Source: Frankiales bacterium
GTDB taxonomy: Bacteria; Actinomycetota; Actinomycetes; Mycobacteriales; SCTD01
Direction: 5' to 3'
Length of the DNA stretch: 37,019 nt
Assembly: GCA_043740815.1 (NCBI GenBank)
Contig: JAYUBO010000219.1
Location: 1 to 37,019, forward strand
In this document: positions 17,574 through 26,115 of the stretch, one piece after another
How positions within the stretch are numbered: position 1 is the stretch's first letter
Layout of the letters: each line of letters begins with the position of its first letter
Position numbers and translations under genes: made by a program
Notes under the pieces: generated by a model
Told to the model about the DNA's origin: nothing
The model's input: only the letters and a program-made list of their open reading frames with translations
The model's database searches: none

Positions 17574-20500
17574 ATGCGCAGCAAGCCCCTCGTCGTCGGA
17601 CTGCTGACGGCCGCCCTGGCGCTCACCGGCCACCCCCCCGCCTCGGCCGCCCTCACCGACAGCGAGGCACCGCAGCTGGTGGCGCTCACGCTTGCCCCGC
17701 CGGCGGTCAACGTGACCACGGACAGCGCCACGACGGTGGCCGTGCTGCGCCTGACCGACGCGGACGGCGCAGGGGCTGCCGGTACCGGGGTTGCCTCCGG
17801 CAGTCTCACCCTGAGCAAGGGAGCGACGTCCCTGCCACCGGTCTCGTTCCTCGGCGCGCAGCGGGTCAACGGCAGCGCGACCGACGGCACCTGGGACGTC
17901 TACGTCAGCCTTCCCCAAGGCCAGGCGGGCGGCACGTATACGGTTTCCGACCTCACGCTGATCGACGGGTCGGGCAACGTCCGGAGCGTCACGTCCGCTG
18001 CCGCCCTGTCGGTGACGCGCCAGCCGGACACCGCCGCGCCGGCGCTCGCCGGCCCGCTAGGCGTCTCGCCTACGACCGTCGACGTCACCCACGGCAGCAA
18101 GGAAGTGCTTCTCACGGCCACCGTGACCGACGATGTGTCCGGAGCCGCCTCGGCCGTCGCCACCCTCACCGGTCCTACACCACCCTCGCCACCGGGGGGC
18201 ATCCCGCCGACCAAGAGCGTCACGCTGTACAAAGCGACCGGCACGGCACTCAACGGCACCTGGACTGGTGGCACGACCTTCTACCCTGCTGCTGGCGAGG
18301 AGGGGAGTTGGAGCATCACCTCGCTGGCTCTCACCGACGGGTACGGCAACACCACCAACGTGACCAGCGGCCTCGGTAGCGCCATCGCGGTGTCCGGTGC
18401 CGCGGACACCACAGGTCCGACCCTTGACAGCATCACGGCCAGCTCCGTGGTCGACACCACGCAGAGCGACAAGACGATCGGGCTGTCCGCCCACCTCTCG
18501 GACGCGGTCAGCGGCGTCACAGGTGCGAGCTTCACCTGGACGGCGCCGAACGGGACCAGCACCGTCACCGGTTTCACCAACGAGCTGACCAGTGGCACGA
18601 CGAACTTCGGAACGTGGGACTTCCAGGTCACCGTCCCGGCGCGCTCCCAGCAGGGCACCTGGACGCTGACCGATGTCCAGCTATACGACGTCTACGGCAA
18701 CCCCACGGTGCTGACAGCCGCCGCCGTTCCACCCAGCACCATCACCGTGACCACCGTCGCTGACCCGGACGGACCGGCCCTGGTCAGCCTTCAGCTCGGC
18801 CCGGACACCGTCGTCGTCGGAACCTACGGGGGTGCCCTGGACGGTCACCTGCACGTCACGGACGGCGTGTCCGGTCTGAAGACCGCGGTCCTGACCTTTA
18901 AGGATCCGAGCGGCGTGGTGGCCCCCAGCCTGACGACGACCCTGCACCTGCAGGACGCAGCGACGGGCGGCACCCCGACCGACGCGATCTTCCACTTCAG
19001 CGTCCCGGTGGGCACCAGCGCTGTGGACGGCACCTGGATCCTTGACACGCTCGTGCTTACCGATGTGGCGGGCAACCTCACCACCCTGTCCAACGCGGAC
19101 CTCTCGACCGGCGACCGGAGCTTCGTGGTGTCTCACGCGACGACCGACACGACCGCGCCGACGCTGACGTCCCTCAGTGTGTCCCCCACGTCGGTGACCA
19201 CGACAGGGGGTGAGCAGACGGTCACCGTGACAGTGGGAGCGACCGACGCCGGCAGCGGGGCGCAAGGGCTGGCCGGGGTCGATGTCGTCCTGTCCTCACC
19301 CAGCGGCAGCAAGCAGGTCTACGCCTTCCTGTCCCGGTCCGACCTCTTCAGCGGCGACAGCGTCAACGGCACCCTTCGCGGCACGCTCACCATTCCTCAA
19401 TACACCGAGAGCGGCACGTGGGTCGTGTCCGACGTGAACCTGTTCGATGCCGCATACAACCAGCGTGACGTCCTGCAGGGCGACCTTGCCGCCGCCGGCC
19501 TCACGACGACCGTTGCCGTCACGGCCGCGCAGGACACGACCCCTCCGGTGCTGACCGGTCTCACGCTCACGACGCCGACGGTGGACACCACCGTCAGCAG
19601 TATCGTCAGGTTCACCGCCGCAACCAATGACCCTGCCTCCGGACTGGCCACGGTGAGGCTGACCCTGAGCGGACCGGGGGGACGCACCGGCACCAGCACG
19701 CAGTACCCAGGTGTCCCGGGCGGATCGACCTCCACGCCGATCGCCGTCGACGTGCCCTACTTCGGGTCGTCCGGCACCTGGACCACCAGCTCGGTGACGC
19801 TCACCGACAACGTCGGCAACGTTCGCACCTACGGTCCGGCCGAGCTCACGACGCTGGGACTGAGCAGAAGCGCGACGGTCACCGCCCCGGTCGACACCAC
19901 CGCACCCTCGCTGGTGTCGCTGCAGCTGACGCCGGCGCCGACCGACAGCACCTCGGCAGCCGTGGACGTGGACGTGCTCGCCCACGTGACGGATGCGACC
20001 GCTGGCGTGGCGTCCAGCTCCCTCACCGCGACCAGCCCGCACGGCTACCAGACCGTGAAGGCCACCCTGGGCCGGATCAGCGGCTCCGCCCAGGACGGTT
20101 ACTGGCAGGGCACGCTGCACATCCCGCAGTACGTCGACGGTGGCGCCTGGGTGCTGCAGCCGTTCAAGGCGACCGACCTCGCCGGGAACGCGCTCAGCCT
20201 GACCAGCGCGCAGCTCACTCCGGGTACCTTGACCGTGACCGGCGCGACCGACAGCGTCCTGCCGGCGCTCAGCAGCTTGGCCATCAGCCCGAGTTCTGTG
20301 GAGACCAGCACGGGGGACAAGACCCTGGCCTTCGCTGCCGGCGCCACCGACGGGCAGTCGGGCGTGGCGTCGGTGACCGTGACCGTGAGCGCCCCGAGCG
20401 GGGACCCGCGGCAGGTCACCACGTCGCTGGCCACCGGCACCGCCGCCTCGGGGAGCTGGACGGGCTCGCTGCTCCTGCCGGCCTACTCCGAGACCGGTGC

Positions 20501-23399
20501 CTGGTCCGTCACCAGTCTCAGCGTCACCGACGTCTACGGGAACGTGCACTCGTACACCCATCAGCAACTCGTGGACGCGGGCGTGACGAGCAGCGGCTTC
20601 ACGGTGACGGGGACCCCCGACACCGTGGCACCGCAGCTGACCGGGCTCACGCTGTCGGCCGCTAGCACCGATGTGTCGGCTGGGGCGGCCACGCTCACCG
20701 GGTCCCTCACTGCCACCGACGCGGGCTCTGGAGTGCGGTCCGCCTTCTTCAGCTTCGTCAGCTCCGCCGGGGACCGGTCCGTGTCAGCCGGTGTGACCGT
20801 CGGCGAGCGCACGGCCGGCACCCCGCAGGCCCCGACGCTGCCGTTCACGTTGCAGGTTCCGCGCTTTGCGCAGGCCGGCACGTGGACCTTGAGCGATCTG
20901 TCCCTGGAGGACACCGCGGGCAATGTCGTGACGTATCCCGCGACGCCCTTCCCCGCCTCCGGGGTCACGCAGTCGTTCACCGTGGTCGACAGCAACCCGG
21001 ATCTGATGGCTCCCGCCGTGGTGGGGGTGAGCATCTCGCCGTCCTCGCTGGACGTCCGGACGGCCGCCGCCGACCTGACGGTGGACGTGCACGTGACGGA
21101 TGCCGTCAGCGGCGTGTCGGGCGGCACCGTGCACCTGATCAGCCTGCAGGGCGTCGACCTGCGGGACGTGGGGTTCAGCAGCAACGAGCGCCTCAGCGGT
21201 GACCTGCACGACGGCATCTACCGCATCAGCGTCCCGTTCGGGACGTCCAGCGAGTCGGGCACCTGGGCCATCGAGGTGCGTCAGCTCACCGACGCCGCAG
21301 GCAACGTCACCTCCTACACGGGAACCTCTGTGCCCGGCACGCGGCAGGTGCAGATCCTCGGCACCCCGGTCGTGCCGGCGGCGCCGACCGACGTCGTTGC
21401 CGCACCTGGCAACCAGCGGGCCACCGTCTCCTGGAACGCGCCCGCCAACGGCGGATCTGTCATCACCAGCTACGCCGTCACCCCGTCGGTGGCAGGTGTG
21501 GCACAGACCCCTGTCGTCGTCGGGAACGTCAGCTCAGCCAACCTCCCGGGGCTGACGAACGGCACGGCGTACACCTTCACGGTCACGGCCACCAACGCGG
21601 TCGGCATCAGCCAGGCGTCGGCGCCCTCGGCTCCGGTCACGCCAGGCCCGACCGTGGCCGGTTCCCCGACGATCACGACAGCCACGGCCGGGGACGCCTC
21701 GGTAGCGCTGGCCTGGACACCCCCGACCGATGACGGCGGGTCGCCGGTGACCAAGTACATCATCACGACCTACACCGACGCGGACGTGCCGATCTCGAGC
21801 ACCGATCTGGGCAACGTCACGTCCACCACGGTGACCGGACTGACCAACGGCGTCGGCTACTACCTTGCCGTCCGGGCACTCAACGCACTCGGGCCCGGCG
21901 CACCCGACTTCTCGGGGCTCGTCACGCCCCTGTCCGCGTCCACCACGGTGCCCGGAGCCCCGACGATCGGGACTGCCACGCTGGTGGGTGCCACCAGCGC
22001 CAGCCTGACCTGGACGGCGCCCTCCGACGGTGGCGCACCACTCACGGGCTATGTCATCACGCCCTACCTCGGGCCGGTGGCGCAACCGGTCACATCGGTC
22101 GGCGGCGGCACCAGTATGACGGTCACCGGGCTGTCGAAGGGCAAGACCTACACGTTCACGGTGAAGGCCGTGAACGCCAAGGGTGCCGGGGTCGAGTCGG
22201 CGATGTCCGGGCCGGTGGTGGTGCCCACGACGCTGCCAGGAGCTCCGACAACCCTGGGCGCCTCCACAGCGGCCGGCGGAGTCGACAGCATCGTGGCCAG
22301 CTGGAACCCACCGACGGACAATGGCGGAACCGCCCTCACGGGCTACGTGGTCACGCCGTACGTGAACGGGGTGCTCCAGACCCCAGCGACGACCACCGAC
22401 ACCGTCTTCGCCGTCGATCACGTGAGTGCCGGCGTGCCCTACACGTTCACCGTGCACGCCCTGAACAGCATGGGGAACGGACCGGAGAGCGCGCCCTCCA
22501 ACGCGGCCGCCTACCCCGGTAGTCTTCCTTCACTGCCTGGACGTCCGGTCGCGATCCCGGGCAGCGGGTCAGCCAAGTTGACCTGGACCCCGCCCGGGTC
22601 CTCAGGCGGCTACCCGATCAGCGGCTACGACGTCACGCTGTACAAGGCCGGTGTCGCGCTCGTCGTACGTGTCGGGATCCGGCTTACCACCACGGTGACC
22701 GGGCTGACCAACGGCGCCAGCTACACCTTCACCGTCGCCGCCCGCAACCCCATCGGGGTGGGCCCGGCCTCGCTCGCCAGCGCGGCTGTGGTGCCGCGCG
22801 TACCGACAAAGGTGGCCATCACCTCGGCCCCGACGCTGGCGACATACGGCGTCGCGATCCGGGTCGTCGGCAAGCTCGTCCGGGCCGACAACGGAGCTGC
22901 CCTGGCCGGCCAGAGCGTGCAGCTGCAGGCCCGCAAGAAGGGGACGACCGTCGCGTTCGGCACCGTGGCGACGGTGGTCTCGGGCAGTACGGGCGTCGTG
23001 ACGTTCACGACGTACAAGCCGACCTACCCGGTCGAGATCCGACTGGTCCGCCCCGTCGTGGCGAACAACCCGTGGGGCACCTCGACCTCGCTCAGCAAGG
23101 TCATCGCGTGCCAGCTCAGGGTGAGTGCGGTCACCTCCGTCGCCGCGGTGACGCTGGGGAAGTCCTTCACCCTCACGACGACGGTGGCTCCGTCGCGGGC
23201 GGGAAAGAGCGCCTACCTCCAACGCCTCGTCGGGTCGACCTGGACGACGATCGCCACCAAGGTGCTCTCCTCCACCAGTGCTGGGACCTTCGTGGTCAAG
23301 CCGGCCTCGCGTGCCACCTTCAGCTACCGGGTGCTCGTCAAGGCAGATGCAGTCTTCAGTCTTTCGACCTCGATCGTGAAGAAGGTGACGGTGAGCTGA
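17574..23399 (+). CDS. Large secreted/surface protein (1941 aa): 10 Ig-like repeats, 5 fibronectin type III domains, basic C-terminal region
   Basis: SD AGGAG; signal peptide MRSKPLVVGLLTAALALTGHPPASA; repeated DxxxPxL...D..SG...GtW...DxxGN units; FN3 W.pP..GG....Y and Y.F.V.A.N..G motifs. Confidence 0.9.
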   Translation: MRSKPLVVGLLTAALALTGHPPASAALTDSEAPQLVALTLAPPAVNVTTDSATTVAVLRLTDADGAGAAGTGVASGSLTLSKGATSLPPVSFLGAQRVNGSATDGTWDVYVSLPQGQAGGTYTVSDLTLIDGSGNVRSVTSAAALSVTRQPDTAAPALAGPLGVSPTTVDVTHGSKEVLLTATVTDDVSGAASAVATLTGPTPPSPPGGIPPTKSVTLYKATGTALNGTWTGGTTFYPAAGEEGSWSITSLALTDGYGNTTNVTSGLGSAIAVSGAADTTGPTLDSITASSVVDTTQSDKTIGLSAHLSDAVSGVTGASFTWTAPNGTSTVTGFTNELTSGTTNFGTWDFQVTVPARSQQGTWTLTDVQLYDVYGNPTVLTAAAVPPSTITVTTVADPDGPALVSLQLGPDTVVVGTYGGALDGHLHVTDGVSGLKTAVLTFKDPSGVVAPSLTTTLHLQDAATGGTPTDAIFHFSVPVGTSAVDGTWILDTLVLTDVAGNLTTLSNADLSTGDRSFVVSHATTDTTAPTLTSLSVSPTSVTTTGGEQTVTVTVGATDAGSGAQGLAGVDVVLSSPSGSKQVYAFLSRSDLFSGDSVNGTLRGTLTIPQYTESGTWVVSDVNLFDAAYNQRDVLQGDLAAAGLTTTVAVTAAQDTTPPVLTGLTLTTPTVDTTVSSIVRFTAATNDPASGLATVRLTLSGPGGRTGTSTQYPGVPGGSTSTPIAVDVPYFGSSGTWTTSSVTLTDNVGNVRTYGPAELTTLGLSRSATVTAPVDTTAPSLVSLQLTPAPTDSTSAAVDVDVLAHVTDATAGVASSSLTATSPHGYQTVKATLGRISGSAQDGYWQGTLHIPQYVDGGAWVLQPFKATDLAGNALSLTSAQLTPGTLTVTGATDSVLPALSSLAISPSSVETSTGDKTLAFAAGATDGQSGVASVTVTVSAPSGDPRQVTTSLATGTAASGSWTGSLLLPAYSETGAWSVTSLSVTDVYGNVHSYTHQQLVDAGVTSSGFTVTGTPDTVAPQLTGLTLSAASTDVSAGAATLTGSLTATDAGSGVRSAFFSFVSSAGDRSVSAGVTVGERTAGTPQAPTLPFTLQVPRFAQAGTWTLSDLSLEDTAGNVVTYPATPFPASGVTQSFTVVDSNPDLMAPAVVGVSISPSSLDVRTAAADLTVDVHVTDAVSGVSGGTVHLISLQGVDLRDVGFSSNERLSGDLHDGIYRISVPFGTSSESGTWAIEVRQLTDAAGNVTSYTGTSVPGTRQVQILGTPVVPAAPTDVVAAPGNQRATVSWNAPANGGSVITSYAVTPSVAGVAQTPVVVGNVSSANLPGLTNGTAYTFTVTATNAVGISQASAPSAPVTPGPTVAGSPTITTATAGDASVALAWTPPTDDGGSPVTKYIITTYTDADVPISSTDLGNVTSTTVTGLTNGVGYYLAVRALNALGPGAPDFSGLVTPLSASTTVPGAPTIGTATLVGATSASLTWTAPSDGGAPLTGYVITPYLGPVAQPVTSVGGGTSMTVTGLSKGKTYTFTVKAVNAKGAGVESAMSGPVVVPTTLPGAPTTLGASTAAGGVDSIVASWNPPTDNGGTALTGYVVTPYVNGVLQTPATTTDTVFAVDHVSAGVPYTFTVHALNSMGNGPESAPSNAAAYPGSLPSLPGRPVAIPGSGSAKLTWTPPGSSGGYPISGYDVTLYKAGVALVVRVGIRLTTTVTGLTNGASYTFTVAARNPIGVGPASLASAAVVPRVPTKVAITSAPTLATYGVAIRVVGKLVRADNGAALAGQSVQLQARKKGTTVAFGTVATVVSGSTGVVTFTTYKPTYPVEIRLVRPVVANNPWGTSTSLSKVIACQLRVSAVTSVAAVTLGKSFTLTTTVAPSRAGKSAYLQRLVGSTWTTIATKVLSSTSAGTFVVKPASRATFSYRVLVKADAVFSLSTSIVKKVTVS
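17658..21360 (+). repeat. Ten diverged tandem protein repeats (119-129 aa)
   Basis: Unit starts (Asp codons) at 17658, 18027, 18405, 18762, 19146, 19533, 19893, 20250, 20619, 21000. Confidence 0.85.
21370..22795 (+). repeat. Five tandem fibronectin type III domains
   Basis: ATVSWNAP, VALAWTPP, ASLTWTAP, VASWNPP, AKLTWTPP, each followed by GG.P/A..Y and Y.F.V.A.N-like motifs. Confidence 0.88.
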
Positions 23400-23432
23400 G
23401 CGAGAGGTATCAGGCACGTGCCGCTACTGCCG

Positions 23433-24635
23433 CTACAGGGCCGGGCGACGCCATTCGAGCATGAGAAGGGTTGCGTCGTCGGTCAGCTGTTCGGCGTGAT
23501 GGGTGAGCAGCTCGCGAACGACCCGACGCATGGTCTCGGGCGCGTCGAGACCGCCGGCGAGCTGAATGGTCACCAGCTCGGCCAGCCGTGCGACCCCGAA
23601 GAACTCTCCCTCGGGTGAGCGTGCCTCCACGACGCCGTCGCTGTAGAGCAGGATCATGTCACCGGGCTCGAGCTGCTCCTGGCCGAGGTGCGGCCCCTCG
23701 TCTGCGAGCAGGTGACCCAAGCCCAACGGAGGTCGAGGGTCCGTCTCGAGCACTTTGATCAGCTTGCCCCCGCGCAGCAACAGGGGAAAGGGATGTCCAG
23801 CGTTGACCCAGGTCAGCAACCCTGTGTCGGTGTCCAGGTCGGCCATGACGGCGGTGCTGAAAAGCTCTCCACCCAGCCCGGTCACGAGCGCCTCGTCCAC
23901 GCTGTCGAGCACCTCGACCAGGCCCAGGCCCGCGCGTCGTGCGCTCCGGTACGCCGCAACGGTGAACACCGCGCATTGGGCGCTGTGCAGGCCGTGACCC
24001 ATCCCGTCGAAGATGGCGACCTGCGTGCGTCCTGGGTCTACCGAGTAGTCCACGGCGTCGCCGGCAACGGCGTAGCACGGCTCCAGGGCGGCCGACACGG
24101 TCACCTCGGTGGTGGCGTAGCTCAAGGGGGGCAGGACCGAATAGTGCAGCTCAGCTGCCACGCCCAGGTGATGACTTCGACGCAGCAGGACGATCGTGTC
24201 CCCGTAGGCGCTTTTTGCTTGCAGGAGCACCCCAGCTGCGTCAGCCAGGCGACCGAGGGCAGCCATCTGGTCTGCGCTGACCGCGTCGGCGAAGGTGGCT
24301 GACAGCACACCCAGGCGGTGCGAGCCGATGCCCACCGGCAACCAGAGCCGTGTCCGACCCTCGGACTCCAACTGGGTCTGTGCCTGCACGGTCTGGTAGG
24401 CCCGACCGGCCAGGGTGCCATCGACCGGCAAGACGGGCAACGCCCGCCGCTCGGGTGACGCGTTGGGCCCGAGCAGCGGTTGCAGCACGCGCTGCTGCAG
24501 GTCGGTGATGTAGACGAGCCCGTCGTCCGCTCCGAGCTCCTGCGCGCACGCATCGAACAGGTCGGCGAGCTCGTGGGGTGCTGCGAGGGCCGCTCCCCGC
24601 GCCAGGGTGTCCAACGCGTGCTCGGTCCAGGCCAT
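23433..24635 (-). CDS. SpoIIE/PP2C-family (RsbU-like) Ser/Thr phosphatase with GAF-like N-terminus
   Basis: AGDAVDY, IFDGMGHG, NAGHPFP, YSDGVVEA, DDATLL; TAAGGT -10 box 6 nt before the ATG. Confidence 0.9.
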   Translation of the reverse strand: MAWTEHALDTLARGAALAAPHELADLFDACAQELGADDGLVYITDLQQRVLQPLLGPNASPERRALPVLPVDGTLAGRAYQTVQAQTQLESEGRTRLWLPVGIGSHRLGVLSATFADAVSADQMAALGRLADAAGVLLQAKSAYGDTIVLLRRSHHLGVAAELHYSVLPPLSYATTEVTVSAALEPCYAVAGDAVDYSVDPGRTQVAIFDGMGHGLHSAQCAVFTVAAYRSARRAGLGLVEVLDSVDEALVTGLGGELFSTAVMADLDTDTGLLTWVNAGHPFPLLLRGGKLIKVLETDPRPPLGLGHLLADEGPHLGQEQLEPGDMILLYSDGVVEARSPEGEFFGVARLAELVTIQLAGGLDAPETMRRVVRELLTHHAEQLTDDATLLMLEWRRPAL

Positions 24636-24737
24636 CCAGCGACCTTAGGCGCTCTGCGCGCCGTCCCGCGCGGAACAGGGGAACCCCACGGGGCAAGCGA
24701 GCGTGCCGATCATGAATAGCCGGCGCACGGCCGCCTG

Positions 24738-25145
24738 TCAGGTCGCGGCGAAATGAGGGTTGACGATGAAGCCCACGACGGACCCCTGCGGCGTCAGCAC
24801 GCTGGCGGTGACGATGCCGTCGCCGACCTCGGTCGACGTGGTGTGCAGCGTCGCTCCCTGGGCGGTTGCGGCGTCGACCGCGGCCTGTGTGTCTGCCACG
24901 CCCCAGTAGGTGACCGCGCCGTCCGCAGGGTCGCCATCCGGGAGCAGACCGAGCTCGTAACCGGCCACCTCGAAGCCGACGTAGAAGGGCTCACGGAAGT
25001 ACGGGCCCGTGCCGAGCAGCTCGGTCCACCATGTTGTTGCGGCGGCCAGGTCAGGCGCCGGGTAGATCACGGTGCGCAGTCCGAGCAGCTCCAGTCCCGT
25101 ACACGTGAGTCTGTCACGGCGGCTCCGCGTAACCTTCTCGCCCAT
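24738..25145 (-). CDS. VOC/glyoxalase-family protein; start uncertain (ATG 25145 or non-canonical ACG 25100)
   Basis: GLRTVIYPAPDLAAA..WW..LLG..PYF.EPFYVGF..GYELGL, TYWGVAD, EVGDGI. Confidence 0.82.
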   Translation of the reverse strand: MGEKVTRSRRDRLTCTGLELLGLRTVIYPAPDLAAATTWWTELLGTGPYFREPFYVGFEVAGYELGLLPDGDPADGAVTYWGVADTQAAVDAATAQGATLHTTSTEVGDGIVTASVLTPQGSVVGFIVNPHFAAT

Positions 25146-25938
25146 GACCACCTTTTGTGCGCCGTGCCTCGCCGATCTGGCTCTTGTCCGCGAGGCCGTG
25201 ACGGCCGTCTCCGGCACCGCCGCCTGCATGGCCCATGCGGTCCTGCTCACCCACCCGACCGACACGCCGCAGCGCAGACTGACCCGGCTCGGGGAGCTAC
25301 GGACCATGGCGGAGAGCAAGCTGCTGACTGCCTCCACCGAGGATGCGCCCACGATCGAGCTGCTCGTGCAGGAGTACGCGCTGGCCGGCGCCATGGACAT
25401 GACGGTGCCGCTGCGCGACCTGGCTGGTGATCGCACGCCCCGACCGGCCAAGGGTCGCCGTACCCGGCCGGGCCGCGGTGACCGCCCCGAGGGTGTTGAG
25501 GGTGGCCGTCCCGAGGGTGGCCGTCCCGAAGGGGAGCGTGGCCCCCGGGGCGAGCGAGGTCCGCGCGTTGAGCGGGGCCCGCGTCCCGAGCGGACCGCTG
25601 AGGCCGGTGCCGGCCTCAGTGGTGACGGCAGCGCTGAGGTGACCCCGGTGAGGAACGACGAAGCGCCCCAGTCCAGCCCCGCGCAGATCGACAGTGCCGC
25701 TCCCGACAGTCCCGCTCCCGAGAGGTCCGGTACCGAGTCGCCCGGTACCGAGACGGCGGCTCCCGAGCGGACGGCTCCCGAGACGGCGGCTCCGGCGATG
25801 GCTGCAGAGGCACCCGCCCCCACGCCCACGCCCACGCCGGTGCCCACGCCCGGGCCCGCGCCGGCTGCGCCCGCTGCCGACGGGCCCGTCGAGCGGGACG
25901 TGCCTGCCGCCGCGCCCGCTCCCAGCTCGTCGGTCTGA
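25144..25938 (+). CDS. Hypothetical protein (264 aa): N-terminal CxxC-x19-CxxH domain plus low-complexity tail
   Basis: Coding-like third-position GC over the first ~95 codons; TAACCT -10 box 8 nt before the ATG; GGRPE, RGPR, APETA and PT repeats. Confidence 0.65.
   Translation: MTTFCAPCLADLALVREAVTAVSGTAACMAHAVLLTHPTDTPQRRLTRLGELRTMAESKLLTASTEDAPTIELLVQEYALAGAMDMTVPLRDLAGDRTPRPAKGRRTRPGRGDRPEGVEGGRPEGGRPEGERGPRGERGPRVERGPRPERTAEAGAGLSGDGSAEVTPVRNDEAPQSSPAQIDSAAPDSPAPERSGTESPGTETAAPERTAPETAAPAMAAEAPAPTPTPTPVPTPGPAPAAPAADGPVERDVPAAAPAPSSSV
25498..25851 (+). repeat. Short coding tandem repeats
   Basis: GAGGGTGGCCGTCCC x2 (25498-25527), 15-nt-period CCGAG(AC/CG)G..GGCT units (~25748-25795), CCCACG tandem copies (~25819-25836). 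Confidence 0.7.
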
Positions 25939-26115
25939 CCTGCGCGCTGGTCCCACTGAGTGATCCCCTGACCGCCGAGGATGACCTCGAGGGCCGGCTG
26001 CGCAAGGCCGTCGACCACACGGGGGTCCTGCTCGGCGACACCGCTGCGGTCTGGGTCTGAGGGCTTTGTGCGCAGCGCCCCTCGGCTCGATGTCACCGCT
26101 CGTAGGCTGAGGCTC

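Noticed and set aside
17403-17576. Stop-codon read-through fusing the sORF to the in-frame giant ORF
   Set aside because: The giant ORF has its own SD (AGGAG) and its own signal peptide, so a fusion would carry two signal peptides; no recoding signal is visible
17658-21360. Repeat region as a CRISPR array or mobile DNA repeat
   Set aside because: The repeats are conserved only at protein level inside one ORF; there are no identical DNA repeats, spacers or cas genes
25939-26115. Cobalamin riboswitch upstream of cobD
   Set aside because: No B12-box or GGGAA/GCCACTG core seen, and cobD has a -10 box 7 nt from its ATG
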